A stretch of 64,000 nt of DNA. Source: Thermoanaerobaculia bacterium (lineage in GTDB: Bacteria > Acidobacteriota > Thermoanaerobaculia > Multivoradales > UBA5704). The DNA lies in the NCBI GenBank assembly GCA_035637095.1, contig DASPXX010000232.1:1741-65740 (forward strand), in the 5' to 3' direction. Every line of letters starts with the position of its first letter. Position 1 is the first letter of the stretch. The translations under genes and the position numbers were made by a program. Under the pieces are notes generated by a model. That model had not been told where the DNA came from, did not search any database, and worked only from the letters and a program-made list of their open reading frames with translations. Below are positions 1-10,823 of the stretch, in pieces.

Positions 1-3000
1 TCCTCCACCGCCGCAGCCTCGCCTTGGGGGAGGTCCAGGGAAGCCAGCGCGCGGCGGTCCAGCTTGCGGTTGGCGGTCAGCGGCAACGCGTCGATCCACA
101 CGAAGCGGGCCGGAACCATGGCCTCGGGGAGGCGCTCCGCGGCAAAGCGGCGCAGCTCGGCGGCCGATGCCGCCGCTCTTGCCATTCCGGGGCGCGGCAC
201 GATCCAGGCCACGAGCCGCTTCCCCTCCGCGCTCGTGCCGCGGACGAGGACCGCCGCCGCGGCCACCGCCGGATGCGCGGCCAGCGCCGCCTCGACCTCC
301 CCGGGCTCGATCCGAAAGCCGCGGATCTTGACCTGGTCGTCGCTCCTCCCCAGGACCTGGAGGTCGCCGCCGGAATCTTTCCCATTCCCAGGCAGGCGCC
401 GCGCCAGGTCCCCCGAGCGGTAGAGGCGGGCGCCGGGCACACCCGAGAACGGATCGGGGATGAAGCGCTCGGCAGTCAGCTCCGGCCGGCCGAGATAGCC
501 GCGGGCGAGCCCGGCCCCCCCGACGTGGATCTCCCCCGGAACCAGGTCCGGCACCGGCCTCCCCTGGCCATCCAGCAGCCAGAGGGAGAGGTCGGGGAGA
601 GGCCCGCCGATGACGCTCCCGCCCGCCTCTTCCAGATCGCTCCGGCGGATCTCCCGGAAGGTCACGTGCACGGTGGTCTCGGTGATCCCGTACATGTTGA
701 TCAGCCGCGGGCGCTCGTCCCCATGGCGCTCGAACCAGGGCGCGAGGAGAGGCAGCTCCAAAGCCTCGCCGCCGAAGATCACCGCACGCAAGGCCAGCGA
801 GGCTGCTGCCGGCTGCTCCCGCTCCCACTGCACGAGCTGGCGAAACGCCGAAGGCGTCTGGTTGAGGATCGTCACCCGCTCGCGAGCGAGGAGAGCATGA
901 AACGCCTCCGGGAACCGGCTCACCGCAAAGGGCACGATCACCAGCCGGCCGCCATGCGCGAGAGCCCCCCAGATCTCCCACACCGAAAAATCGAACGCAT
1001 AGGAGTGAAAGAGGGTCCACACGTCCTCCGGCCCAAAGTGGAACCAGTCCTCCGTGGCAGAGAAGAGGCGCGTCACCTCCGCATGGCGCACCACCACGCC
1101 CTTGGGCCGGCCGGTCGAGCCGGAGGTGTAGATCACGTAGGCGGCGTTGTCGGGGGAAGAGTCCAAGGACCTCAAGGACTCCAAGGACTCCGCTTCTTCT
1201 CTCTCCTTGCCGTCCTTGATGACCTTGATGTCCTTTTCCTCCACCACCACCCGCACTCCCGAATCCTCCACCAGAAACGCCAGCCGCTCGGCCGGCAGGT
1301 CGGGATCGAGCGGCACGTAGGCCCCCCCGGCCTTGAGGATTCCCAGAAGCCCGGCGATCAGCTCGACCGAGCGCCCGGCGCGGAGGCCGACCCGGACCTC
1401 GGGGCCGACGCCCAGCCGGCGGAGATGCCGGGCGAGGCGGTTCGCCCGGGCGTCGAGCTCGCCATAGGTCGTCTGCCGGCCTTCCAGAGTCACCGCCACC
1501 GCCCCGGGATTCCGCGCGGCAGCCCTCTCGAACAGCCGGTGCAACGGGAGGTCGCTCGCGAAGGCTGGCCGCGGCGCGCTCGCCACCGCGATCTGCTCCT
1601 CCCCCGTGAGGAGGGGGAGGTCCGCGAGACGGCGGTCGGGGTCGGCGACGATCCCCGCGAGGAGGACCATGAAGTGATCCGCGATGCGGCGGGCAGCGGG
1701 GGCGTCGAAAAGATCCGCGCTGTATTCGAGGTACCCCGGAAGTTCGCCGTCCTGGTCCGAGATCGACAGGAGGAGGTCGTAGCGCGCCGTGCGGCGGTGG
1801 GATTCGAGCGCGGTCAGCTCGACCCCCGCCAGGGAGAGGGCGGCGGACGGCGTGTTCTGGAACGAGAAGACCACCTGGACGAGCGGCGGGCGGAGGGGAT
1901 CGCGCTCGGGGCGCAGCTCCTCGACGAGCTTCTCGAAGGGGACGTCCTGATGGGCCTGCGCGTCGAGCATCACCTCGCGGGTGCGCGCCAGGAGCTCCCG
2001 GAACGGGAGATCGCCCGCCGGACGGGCGCGCAGCACCAGGGTGTTCACGAAGAAGCCGATCATCCCTTCGAGCTCGGCCCGGTTGCGGCCGGCCACCGGC
2101 GCGCCCACCAGGAGGTCCTCGGCCTCCGAATAGCGGGAGAGCTGCGCATCGAAGGCGGCGAGGAGGGTTATGAACAGGGTCGTCCCCTCCCGCCGGGAGA
2201 GAGCGCGCAGGCCGGCCGCCAGCGCGGCGGAGAGCGCGAGCAGCTCGGCACCGCCGCAGCCCGTGCGGACCGCAGGCCAGGGGCGGGTCACCGGCAGCTC
2301 GATGGCCGTGGGTGCGCCGTCGAGGGCCTGGCGCCAATGGCCCAGCGAGTCCTCCAGCCGTTCGCCGCTCAGCCATTCCCGCTGCCAGACGGCGAAATCC
2401 GCGTACTGCACCGGCAGCTCGGGAAGCGGGACGGGACGCCCCTCGCGGCACGCCGCGTAGAGCGCCGCGAAATCCTCGATGAAAACAGCGATCGACCAGC
2501 CGTCGGAGACGATGTGGTGCATGGTCACCAGCGACACGTGCTCCTCCGGGGCGCAGCGCAGGAGGGCGGCGCGCACCAGGCGGTCGCGGACGAGGTCGAA
2601 GGGGCGCGCCGACTCCTCCGCCGCCAGCCGCCGGACCTCGGCGTCGCAGAGCGCCTCGGGCAGCCCCGAAAGATCGACCAGCGGCGCCGGCAGGGGTTCG
2701 GGAGGGCAGATGATCTGGACGGGCCGGCCCTCGACCGTCGCGAAGCGCGTCCGCAGGCTCTCGTGACGGCGGACGATCTCGTCGTACGCCCAGCGCAGGG
2801 CAGGCAGATCCAGCCGGCCGCTCAGGCGCGAGGCGGAGGCGATGTTCCAGGCCGGATTCCCCGGCTGCCACTGATCGAGGAACCAGAGGCGCTGCTGGGC
2901 GAACGACAGGGGGACTTCGCCGTCGCGCGCCACCGGGACGAGCGCGGGCTCTCCCTCGGCGAGCTGAGCCGAGCGCTGGCGCATGCGGAGCATGAGGAGC

Positions 3001-3074
3001 GCCCTCTGCTCGGGAGTCAGGCCGGCGAGACGGTCGGCCAGGCGCGCGGGATCGGTAGCGTCGGGGCTCGTCAT
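1..3074 (-). CDS. Non-ribosomal peptide synthetase, N-terminal part (condensation + adenylation domains, start of carrier domain); ORF runs off the left edge
   Basis: Not in the ORF track (no stop inside the window). My own minus-strand translation from ATG at 3074 gives MTSPDATDP...LSFAQQRLWFLDQW, HHIVSDGWS (C-domain His motif), YVIYTSGSTGRPKG (A3), NMYGITETT (A5), GEIHVGGAGLARGY, YRSGDLAR, KIRGFRIEPGE (A8), LPLTANRKLDRRAL (A10). Listed + ORF 24..3206 is its antisense shadow. Confidence 0.9.
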   Translation of the reverse strand, partial: MTSPDATDPARLADRLAGLTPEQRALLMLRMRQRSAQLAEGEPALVPVARDGEVPLSFAQQRLWFLDQWQPGNPAWNIASASRLSGRLDLPALRWAYDEIVRRHESLRTRFATVEGRPVQIICPPEPLPAPLVDLSGLPEALCDAEVRRLAAEESARPFDLVRDRLVRAALLRCAPEEHVSLVTMHHIVSDGWSIAVFIEDFAALYAACREGRPVPLPELPVQYADFAVWQREWLSGERLEDSLGHWRQALDGAPTAIELPVTRPWPAVRTGCGGAELLALSAALAAGLRALSRREGTTLFITLLAAFDAQLSRYSEAEDLLVGAPVAGRNRAELEGMIGFFVNTLVLRARPAGDLPFRELLARTREVMLDAQAHQDVPFEKLVEELRPERDPLRPPLVQVVFSFQNTPSAALSLAGVELTALESHRRTARYDLLLSISDQDGELPGYLEYSADLFDAPAARRIADHFMVLLAGIVADPDRRLADLPLLTGEEQIAVASAPRPAFASDLPLHRLFERAAARNPGAVAVTLEGRQTTYGELDARANRLARHLRRLGVGPEVRVGLRAGRSVELIAGLLGILKAGGAYVPLDPDLPAERLAFLVEDSGVRVVVEEKDIKVIKDGKEREEAESLESLRSLDSSPDNAAYVIYTSGSTGRPKGVVVRHAEVTRLFSATEDWFHFGPEDVWTLFHSYAFDFSVWEIWGALAHGGRLVIVPFAVSRFPEAFHALLARERVTILNQTPSAFRQLVQWEREQPAAASLALRAVIFGGEALELPLLAPWFERHGDERPRLINMYGITETTVHVTFREIRRSDLEEAGGSVIGGPLPDLSLWLLDGQGRPVPDLVPGEIHVGGAGLARGYLGRPELTAERFIPDPFSGVPGARLYRSGDLARRLPGNGKDSGGDLQVLGRSDDQVKIRGFRIEPGEVEAALAAHPAVAAAAVLVRGTSAEGKRLVAWIVPRPGMARAAASAAELRRFAAERLPEAMVPARFVWIDALPLTANRKLDRRALASLDLPQGEAAAVE

Positions 3075-3218
3075 GGAGACAGGGACATCGATGGCAGGGG
3101 GCTCACCGCAGTCCACGGATTGAGCAATTATGGACTGCTCCGGCGAGCGCCGGAAGGGGCGCTCCGGTTGCCGGCAGGCCGCCTCGTGCGCTTTCTGTTA
3201 GACTAGCTCTTTCTGGCC

Positions 3219-6407
<3,189 letters not shown>

Positions 6408-6423
6408 GCCTGAAGCGGGAATC

Positions 6424-6606
6424 CTACCCGGACCCTCCGTAGACCTCGACGCCGTGCAGCCATTGGGAGGTGTAGGTGCAGCGGTCATCCTCGGTGTGGG
6501 TGACTTCAAGCCCCCCCCGGGCCAGCCCGATGATCGCGGGATCATTGAGGACCAGGATCGTTTCGCGGTTCAGCGTGAGGCGGCGCGGCTTTTCCTTTTT
6601 CTTCAC
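6424..6606 (-). CDS. 60-aa peptide with double-glycine-type leader (candidate RiPP/bacteriocin precursor)
   Basis: GTG at 6606 preceded by GGAAAGGAG (SD, 7-nt spacer). Product VKKKEKPRRLTLNRETILVLNDPAIIGLARGG|LEVTHTEDDRCTYTSQWLHGVEVYGGSG. The K-rich start and L.LN.ETI..LND...GG pattern resemble GG-leader natural-product precursors. The longer track ORF 6424..6798 upstream part is low-complexity. Confidence 0.5.
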   Translation of the reverse strand: MKKKEKPRRLTLNRETILVLNDPAIIGLARGGLEVTHTEDDRCTYTSQWLHGVEVYGGSG

Positions 6607-6780
6607 GTGAACGCTCCTTTCCGGGGAAGGGCTGGACCGGCCTGGACCGGCAGGGGACGGCCACAGGCCTGACGAGCCAAACGAAGCGTACGCCTTCTCC
6701 CAGGGCGTGTCAATTGTGTCAGGTGTGTCTGCTCTGTCTGACACACTCGAAGTCACTGTCACGGCCGGCCGGCGTGTCCC

Positions 6781-6875
6781 GGGGGAATCCCTCATCAATC
6801 ACAAAATCGAGGTGGGGGAAAACCCCCATCAATCACCAAACAGAGTGGGGAGATCCCTCATCAATCACATATTGG
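6781..6875. repeat. Three tandem ~33-bp direct repeats (core CATCAATCAC) in the divergent intergenic region upstream of the permease gene
   Basis: GGGGGAATCCCTCATCAATCACAAAATCGAGGT / GGGGGAAAACCCCCATCAATCACCAAACAGAGT / GGGGAGATCCCTCATCAATCACATATTGG. Core copies at 6793, 6827, 6859. Confidence 0.9.
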
Positions 6876-6954
6876 CTCATGGCTGGCGCGGCGCTTGCTA
6901 TCCACTGAAAAACGTCGGTTGTTTTGGTTTTCTATCGATCGGAGGCCAACCGGT

Positions 6955-9405
6955 ATGCTGATCGAATTTTGGCGCGATCTCTGTTACAGCATCCGAGCTC
7001 TCAGCCGGAACCCCATCTTCACCCTTTCGATCCTCCTCTCCCTGGCCCTCGGCATCGGGCTCAATACCGCGGTCTTCTCGTTGATCAATGCGCTGTTCCT
7101 GCGGCCGCTTCCAGGCGTGGCGGAACCGGACCGGGTCGCAGTCGTCTTCAGCCAGACGAAGGATGGCCCGGCCTATCTGCCGATCTCGCATCTCAACTAC
7201 AAGGATTTCCGCGCGCAGAGCCGGAGCTTCACGGACCTTGCGGCGGCCCAGAACATCGCCGTCGGGCTGGCGGACGAGGACGGGGCCGAGATGTTGCCGG
7301 GAGAGATGGTGAGCGCGAGCTATTTCGATGTGCTCGCCGTCGGCATGGCCCTCGGCCGCACATTCAGTCCGGAGGAGGATAGAGCTCCGGGAACCCATCC
7401 GGTTGCGGTTCTGAGCCATCGCCTCTGGCGGGAGAGATTCGCGGCAGATCCGCACATTCTCGGCCGCAAAATCATTCTCAACGGGCAGCCGTTCACGGTC
7501 ATCGGCGTCGCGGCCGCCGGTTTCCGCGGCACCAACGCATTCAGCACGCCCGCCCTCTGGGTGCCCAACATGATGTACCGGACCGTTTTCCCCCTGCCGG
7601 AGCTCTTCGAGCAGCGGAGCACGCAAGCGCTCAACGTGTACGGCCGCCTGCGCCCGGGGGTGACCATGACGGCTGCGCAAGCGGAGATGCGTGCCTTGGC
7701 CGCACGGCTGGAGAAGGCATACCCCGACGACAATCGAGGCCAGTCCGTCGCCCTGGTCCCCCTGTCCCAGGCGACCATCGGTCCGGGCATCCGTCCGGTG
7801 TTTGTCAACGCGGCTTTCCTGCTCCTGGTGATCGTGGCGCTGCTGCTCTTCATCACCTGTGTCAACACCGCCAATCTCCTGCTCGTCCGGGCCATGGACC
7901 GCGCTCGGGAGATGGCGCTGCGCCTCTCGCTCGGCGCCCGGAAGCGCCACCTGGCAGGCCAGGTCCTGCTGGAGAGCCTCCTTCTCGCCCTGGCCGGCGG
8001 GGCGCTCGGCCTGCTCGCCGCCGGCTGGGTCTGGCGCCTGCTCTGGCGGTACCGTCCGCCCTTCTTCGCCGCCGACGCGCTCTCGTTCGCGCTCGATGCC
8101 CGGGTCCTCGGCTTCGCGCTGGCTGCCTGCCTGGGCACGGGTCTCCTCTTCGGTCTCGCTCCCGTGCTCTGGGTTGCCCGGACCGACCTCAACGGCCAGC
8201 TCCGGCAGGCGCGCCCGCTCGCCACGCTGCGCGGGCATGGCATCAGCGTCGGGGATCTCTCGATCGTCCTTCAGGTCATCCTCTGCACGGTCGCCCTGGC
8301 CGGCGCCGGACTCTTCCTCAAGAGCTTGTGGAATGCCCGGCGGATCGATCCCGCCTTCTCCACCGGCAACCTCCTCATGGTCTCCTTCGACCTGCAATCG
8401 CTCGGTTATGACGAGGTCCGCGGACGGGACTTCCAGGAGCTCCTCGCGGCGCGGACCGCGGCCCTGCCGGGAGTCGAGCGCGCGGCGCTCGGCGAAAACC
8501 GCCTGCTCGGCGGCTTCCGGGTGTGGCGCACCGTCCTGCCGGTCGGGAGCGAGCTCGCGCCGCAGGACGCCCTGATGGCCGGCTCGAGCCGGATCGGCCC
8601 CGGGTACTTCGAGACGGTCGGCATCCCGCTCATCGCCGGCCGCGGCTTCGACGGGCACGACCTGCAGGGGGCGCCGGCGGTGGCGATCATCAACGAGAGC
8701 CTGCGGCGGAAGCTCTGGCCCGACCGCGATCCCGTGGGTTTGCAGCTGCGGCTCGACGACGATGCCGAGCCCGTCCAGATCGTCGGCGTGGCCAAGGACA
8801 GCAAGTACATCCAACTGGGCGAGAACGCGCAGCCGTTCATCTATCTGCCGCTCGCCCAGCGCCCCAGCTTGCGCGTCACGCTCCACCTGCGCACCCAGGG
8901 CGATCCGGCCGCCCTCGCCCCCGCCGTCCGGCGCGAGGCGGCGCGGCTCAACCGCGCGCTGCCGCTGACCGAGGTCCGCGCCCTCTCCGAAATTCTCGAT
9001 CAGTCGCTGTGGCTGCCGCGCACGAGCGCCGTGCTGCTGTCGCTGCTCGGGCTGCTGGCGCTCGCCCTGGCCGGCGTCGGGATCTATGGCGTGACCGCGT
9101 ACGCGGTGGCGCGGCGGCGCTACGAGATCGGTGTGCGCATCGCGCTGGGAGCCCGGCGCACCGACGTGGCAGGGATGGTGTTCCGCAAAGCGATCGTGGT
9201 GTTCGGCGTCGGCCTCGTGCTGGGGCTCGCCGGAGCCATCGCCCTCAACCGTGCGATCGCCGGCCTTCTCTATGGATCGGAGGTCGGCGATCCGGTGACC
9301 TTTGCCGGGGTGCTGGCCGTCCTGCTCGGCATGGGAGCGTTGGCGACGCTCCCGCCTGCCCTGAGGGCCGCCCGGATCGAGCCGGTCACCGCATTGCGCA
9401 GCTGA
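6955..9405 (+). CDS. Duplicated FtsX/MacB-type ABC transporter permease (ADOP-like orphan permease)
   Basis: ATG 6955 with GGAGG 9 nt upstream. N-terminus MLIEFWRDLCYSIRALSRNPIFT typical of the family. Two 4-TM FtsX modules separated by large periplasmic domains. No ATPase gene adjacent. Confidence 0.9.
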   Translation: MLIEFWRDLCYSIRALSRNPIFTLSILLSLALGIGLNTAVFSLINALFLRPLPGVAEPDRVAVVFSQTKDGPAYLPISHLNYKDFRAQSRSFTDLAAAQNIAVGLADEDGAEMLPGEMVSASYFDVLAVGMALGRTFSPEEDRAPGTHPVAVLSHRLWRERFAADPHILGRKIILNGQPFTVIGVAAAGFRGTNAFSTPALWVPNMMYRTVFPLPELFEQRSTQALNVYGRLRPGVTMTAAQAEMRALAARLEKAYPDDNRGQSVALVPLSQATIGPGIRPVFVNAAFLLLVIVALLLFITCVNTANLLLVRAMDRAREMALRLSLGARKRHLAGQVLLESLLLALAGGALGLLAAGWVWRLLWRYRPPFFAADALSFALDARVLGFALAACLGTGLLFGLAPVLWVARTDLNGQLRQARPLATLRGHGISVGDLSIVLQVILCTVALAGAGLFLKSLWNARRIDPAFSTGNLLMVSFDLQSLGYDEVRGRDFQELLAARTAALPGVERAALGENRLLGGFRVWRTVLPVGSELAPQDALMAGSSRIGPGYFETVGIPLIAGRGFDGHDLQGAPAVAIINESLRRKLWPDRDPVGLQLRLDDDAEPVQIVGVAKDSKYIQLGENAQPFIYLPLAQRPSLRVTLHLRTQGDPAALAPAVRREAARLNRALPLTEVRALSEILDQSLWLPRTSAVLLSLLGLLALALAGVGIYGVTAYAVARRRYEIGVRIALGARRTDVAGMVFRKAIVVFGVGLVLGLAGAIALNRAIAGLLYGSEVGDPVTFAGVLAVLLGMGALATLPPALRAARIEPVTALRS

Positions 9406-9435
9406 AAGAACGCCAAAACGAAAGGAGGTGAAACC

Positions 9436-9531
9436 ATGAAAAAGTTCGCGATTCGTGAGGTCGAGACCCTGAAGACGACAGTCGCTCTCTACACTTGCGG
9501 CTGCCCAATCGTCATCGTCATCAACTCGTAA
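9436..9531 (+). CDS. 31-aa peptide MKKFAIREVETLKTTVALYTCGCPIVIVINS (candidate precursor peptide)
   Basis: Too short for the ORF track. Strong SD AAAGGAGGTG 5 nt before ATG 9436. Charged leader-like N-half, hydrophobic CGC-containing C-half. Sits immediately upstream of a PqqD/RRE-protease gene. Confidence 0.5.
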   Translation: MKKFAIREVETLKTTVALYTCGCPIVIVINS

Positions 9532-9534
9532 CAA

Positions 9535-9550
9535 GGCCCCGGCCGGGGCC
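9535..9550 (+). promoter_or_regulatory. Perfect 16-nt GC palindrome (GGCCCCGGCCGGGGCC) between peptide gene and downstream genes; possible attenuating stem-loop
   Basis: Read directly, 4 nt after the TAA of the 31-aa ORF. No U-tract, so not a canonical intrinsic terminator. Confidence 0.35.
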
Positions 9551-9599
9551 CTGGTCGGGCCCCGGCCCTCCCCCCGTCCGCGGAGACACGAGCGAGGAG

Positions 9600-10823
9600 A
9601 TGTACACCAACGATAGCAGAATTTCGGTGCATCCGTTCACGCGGCAGCTCGAGAACGGAGAGATGATCATCGGTCGCCCCGAGACAGGCGTCTTTCTGGC
9701 GCTGCCGGTCGAGGCCGTCGAGGTGCTCGATCAGTTGGCCGCAGGCCGCACCGTCGGCGAGGTCCGCGACCTGTTCCAGCAGCGGCATGGCGAGCTGCTC
9801 GACATGGCCGACTTTCTGAGCGCCCTGGAGTCCAAGGGTCTCGTCCAGGGACCGAACGGCAACGGCCATCCCGGCGCGGCCTCCATTCCTATCCGTTATC
9901 ATTTCACCAACGTCCCCCAGAAATTGGCGCAGGCCCTCTTTGGCGGTACCGCGTTCGTCCTCTATGGCGGGCTCGTGCTGGCGGCCCTGGCCCTCGTCGC
10001 TCTCGATCCCTCGCTCCTGCCGTCGCAGCGCGCGTTGTACTTCGCGGAGGACCGCACGCTCAAGACCCTCGTCCTCTTTCTGATCAGCTATGTGACCATC
10101 TTCAACCACGAGATGGGACACCTGATCGCAGCGCGAGCCCGGGGGGTGAACACCCGCCTGGGCATCAGCCACCGGCTCTGGTTCCTCGTCGCCGAGAGCG
10201 ACCTGACCGCGCTCTGGAGCATTCCCAAACGCGAGCGCTACCTCCCGCTTCTCGCAGGCCCGCTGGTCGACGCGGTGACCTCGGCGCTGCTCCTGCTCGC
10301 GCTCGCCGCCGGCCACCGGAGCTGGCTCACCCTGCCGGCGACGGCGCGGCAGCTCGCCGCGGCCCTCTGTTTCGTCCTCCTGATGCGGATCGTCTGGCAG
10401 TGCTTCTTTTTCGTCCGCACCGATTTCTACTACGTCATCGCCAATCTTTTCAACTGCCGGAACCTGCTCAACGACACCGCAGGACATCTGCGCAATTGGC
10501 TCGCCCGCAGTCTCGGCCGCGCCGAGCCGGTCGACCAGTCGAGCATCCCGCCGGCCGAGATGCGCGTCGTCCGGGCCTATTCGATCGTGTGGCTCCTCGG
10601 CCGCCTGCTCGCCTACGGTCTGCTCTTTTCCGTCTCCATCCCGTTCCTGATCCATTATTTCACGGAGCTTTCCAGGGTTTTGCGCACCGGCTGGTCCGGC
10701 CACGAGTACGACTTCGTGGACACCTTGATCATGGCCCTGATCTCGGTCGTTCCCTTCCTGCTCGGAATGGGGTTATGGATCGGCAGTCTCGTCCTCGCCT
10801 GGAAGCGAAGGAGGTTCGCATGA
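9600..10823 (+). CDS. PqqD-like (RiPP recognition element) domain fused to a polytopic HExxH membrane metalloprotease (M50/site-2-protease-like)
   Basis: ATG 9600 after GAGGAG. N-terminus IIGRPETGVFLALPVEAVEVLDQLAAGRTVGEVRDLF...MADFLSALESKGLV is PqqD-like. Then about 6 TM segments with FNHEMGHLIAA (HExxH) and a downstream RTDFYY acidic motif. Confidence 0.75.
   Translation: MYTNDSRISVHPFTRQLENGEMIIGRPETGVFLALPVEAVEVLDQLAAGRTVGEVRDLFQQRHGELLDMADFLSALESKGLVQGPNGNGHPGAASIPIRYHFTNVPQKLAQALFGGTAFVLYGGLVLAALALVALDPSLLPSQRALYFAEDRTLKTLVLFLISYVTIFNHEMGHLIAARARGVNTRLGISHRLWFLVAESDLTALWSIPKRERYLPLLAGPLVDAVTSALLLLALAAGHRSWLTLPATARQLAAALCFVLLMRIVWQCFFFVRTDFYYVIANLFNCRNLLNDTAGHLRNWLARSLGRAEPVDQSSIPPAEMRVVRAYSIVWLLGRLLAYGLLFSVSIPFLIHYFTELSRVLRTGWSGHEYDFVDTLIMALISVVPFLLGMGLWIGSLVLAWKRRRFA

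Noticed and set aside
24-3206. 1060-aa plus-strand ORF covering the left end of the window
   Set aside because: R/G/A/P-rich low-complexity translation with no motifs. The opposite strand, which is not in the track because it has no stop inside the window, translates into canonical NRPS C and A domain motifs. This is the antisense shadow typical of high-GC genes.
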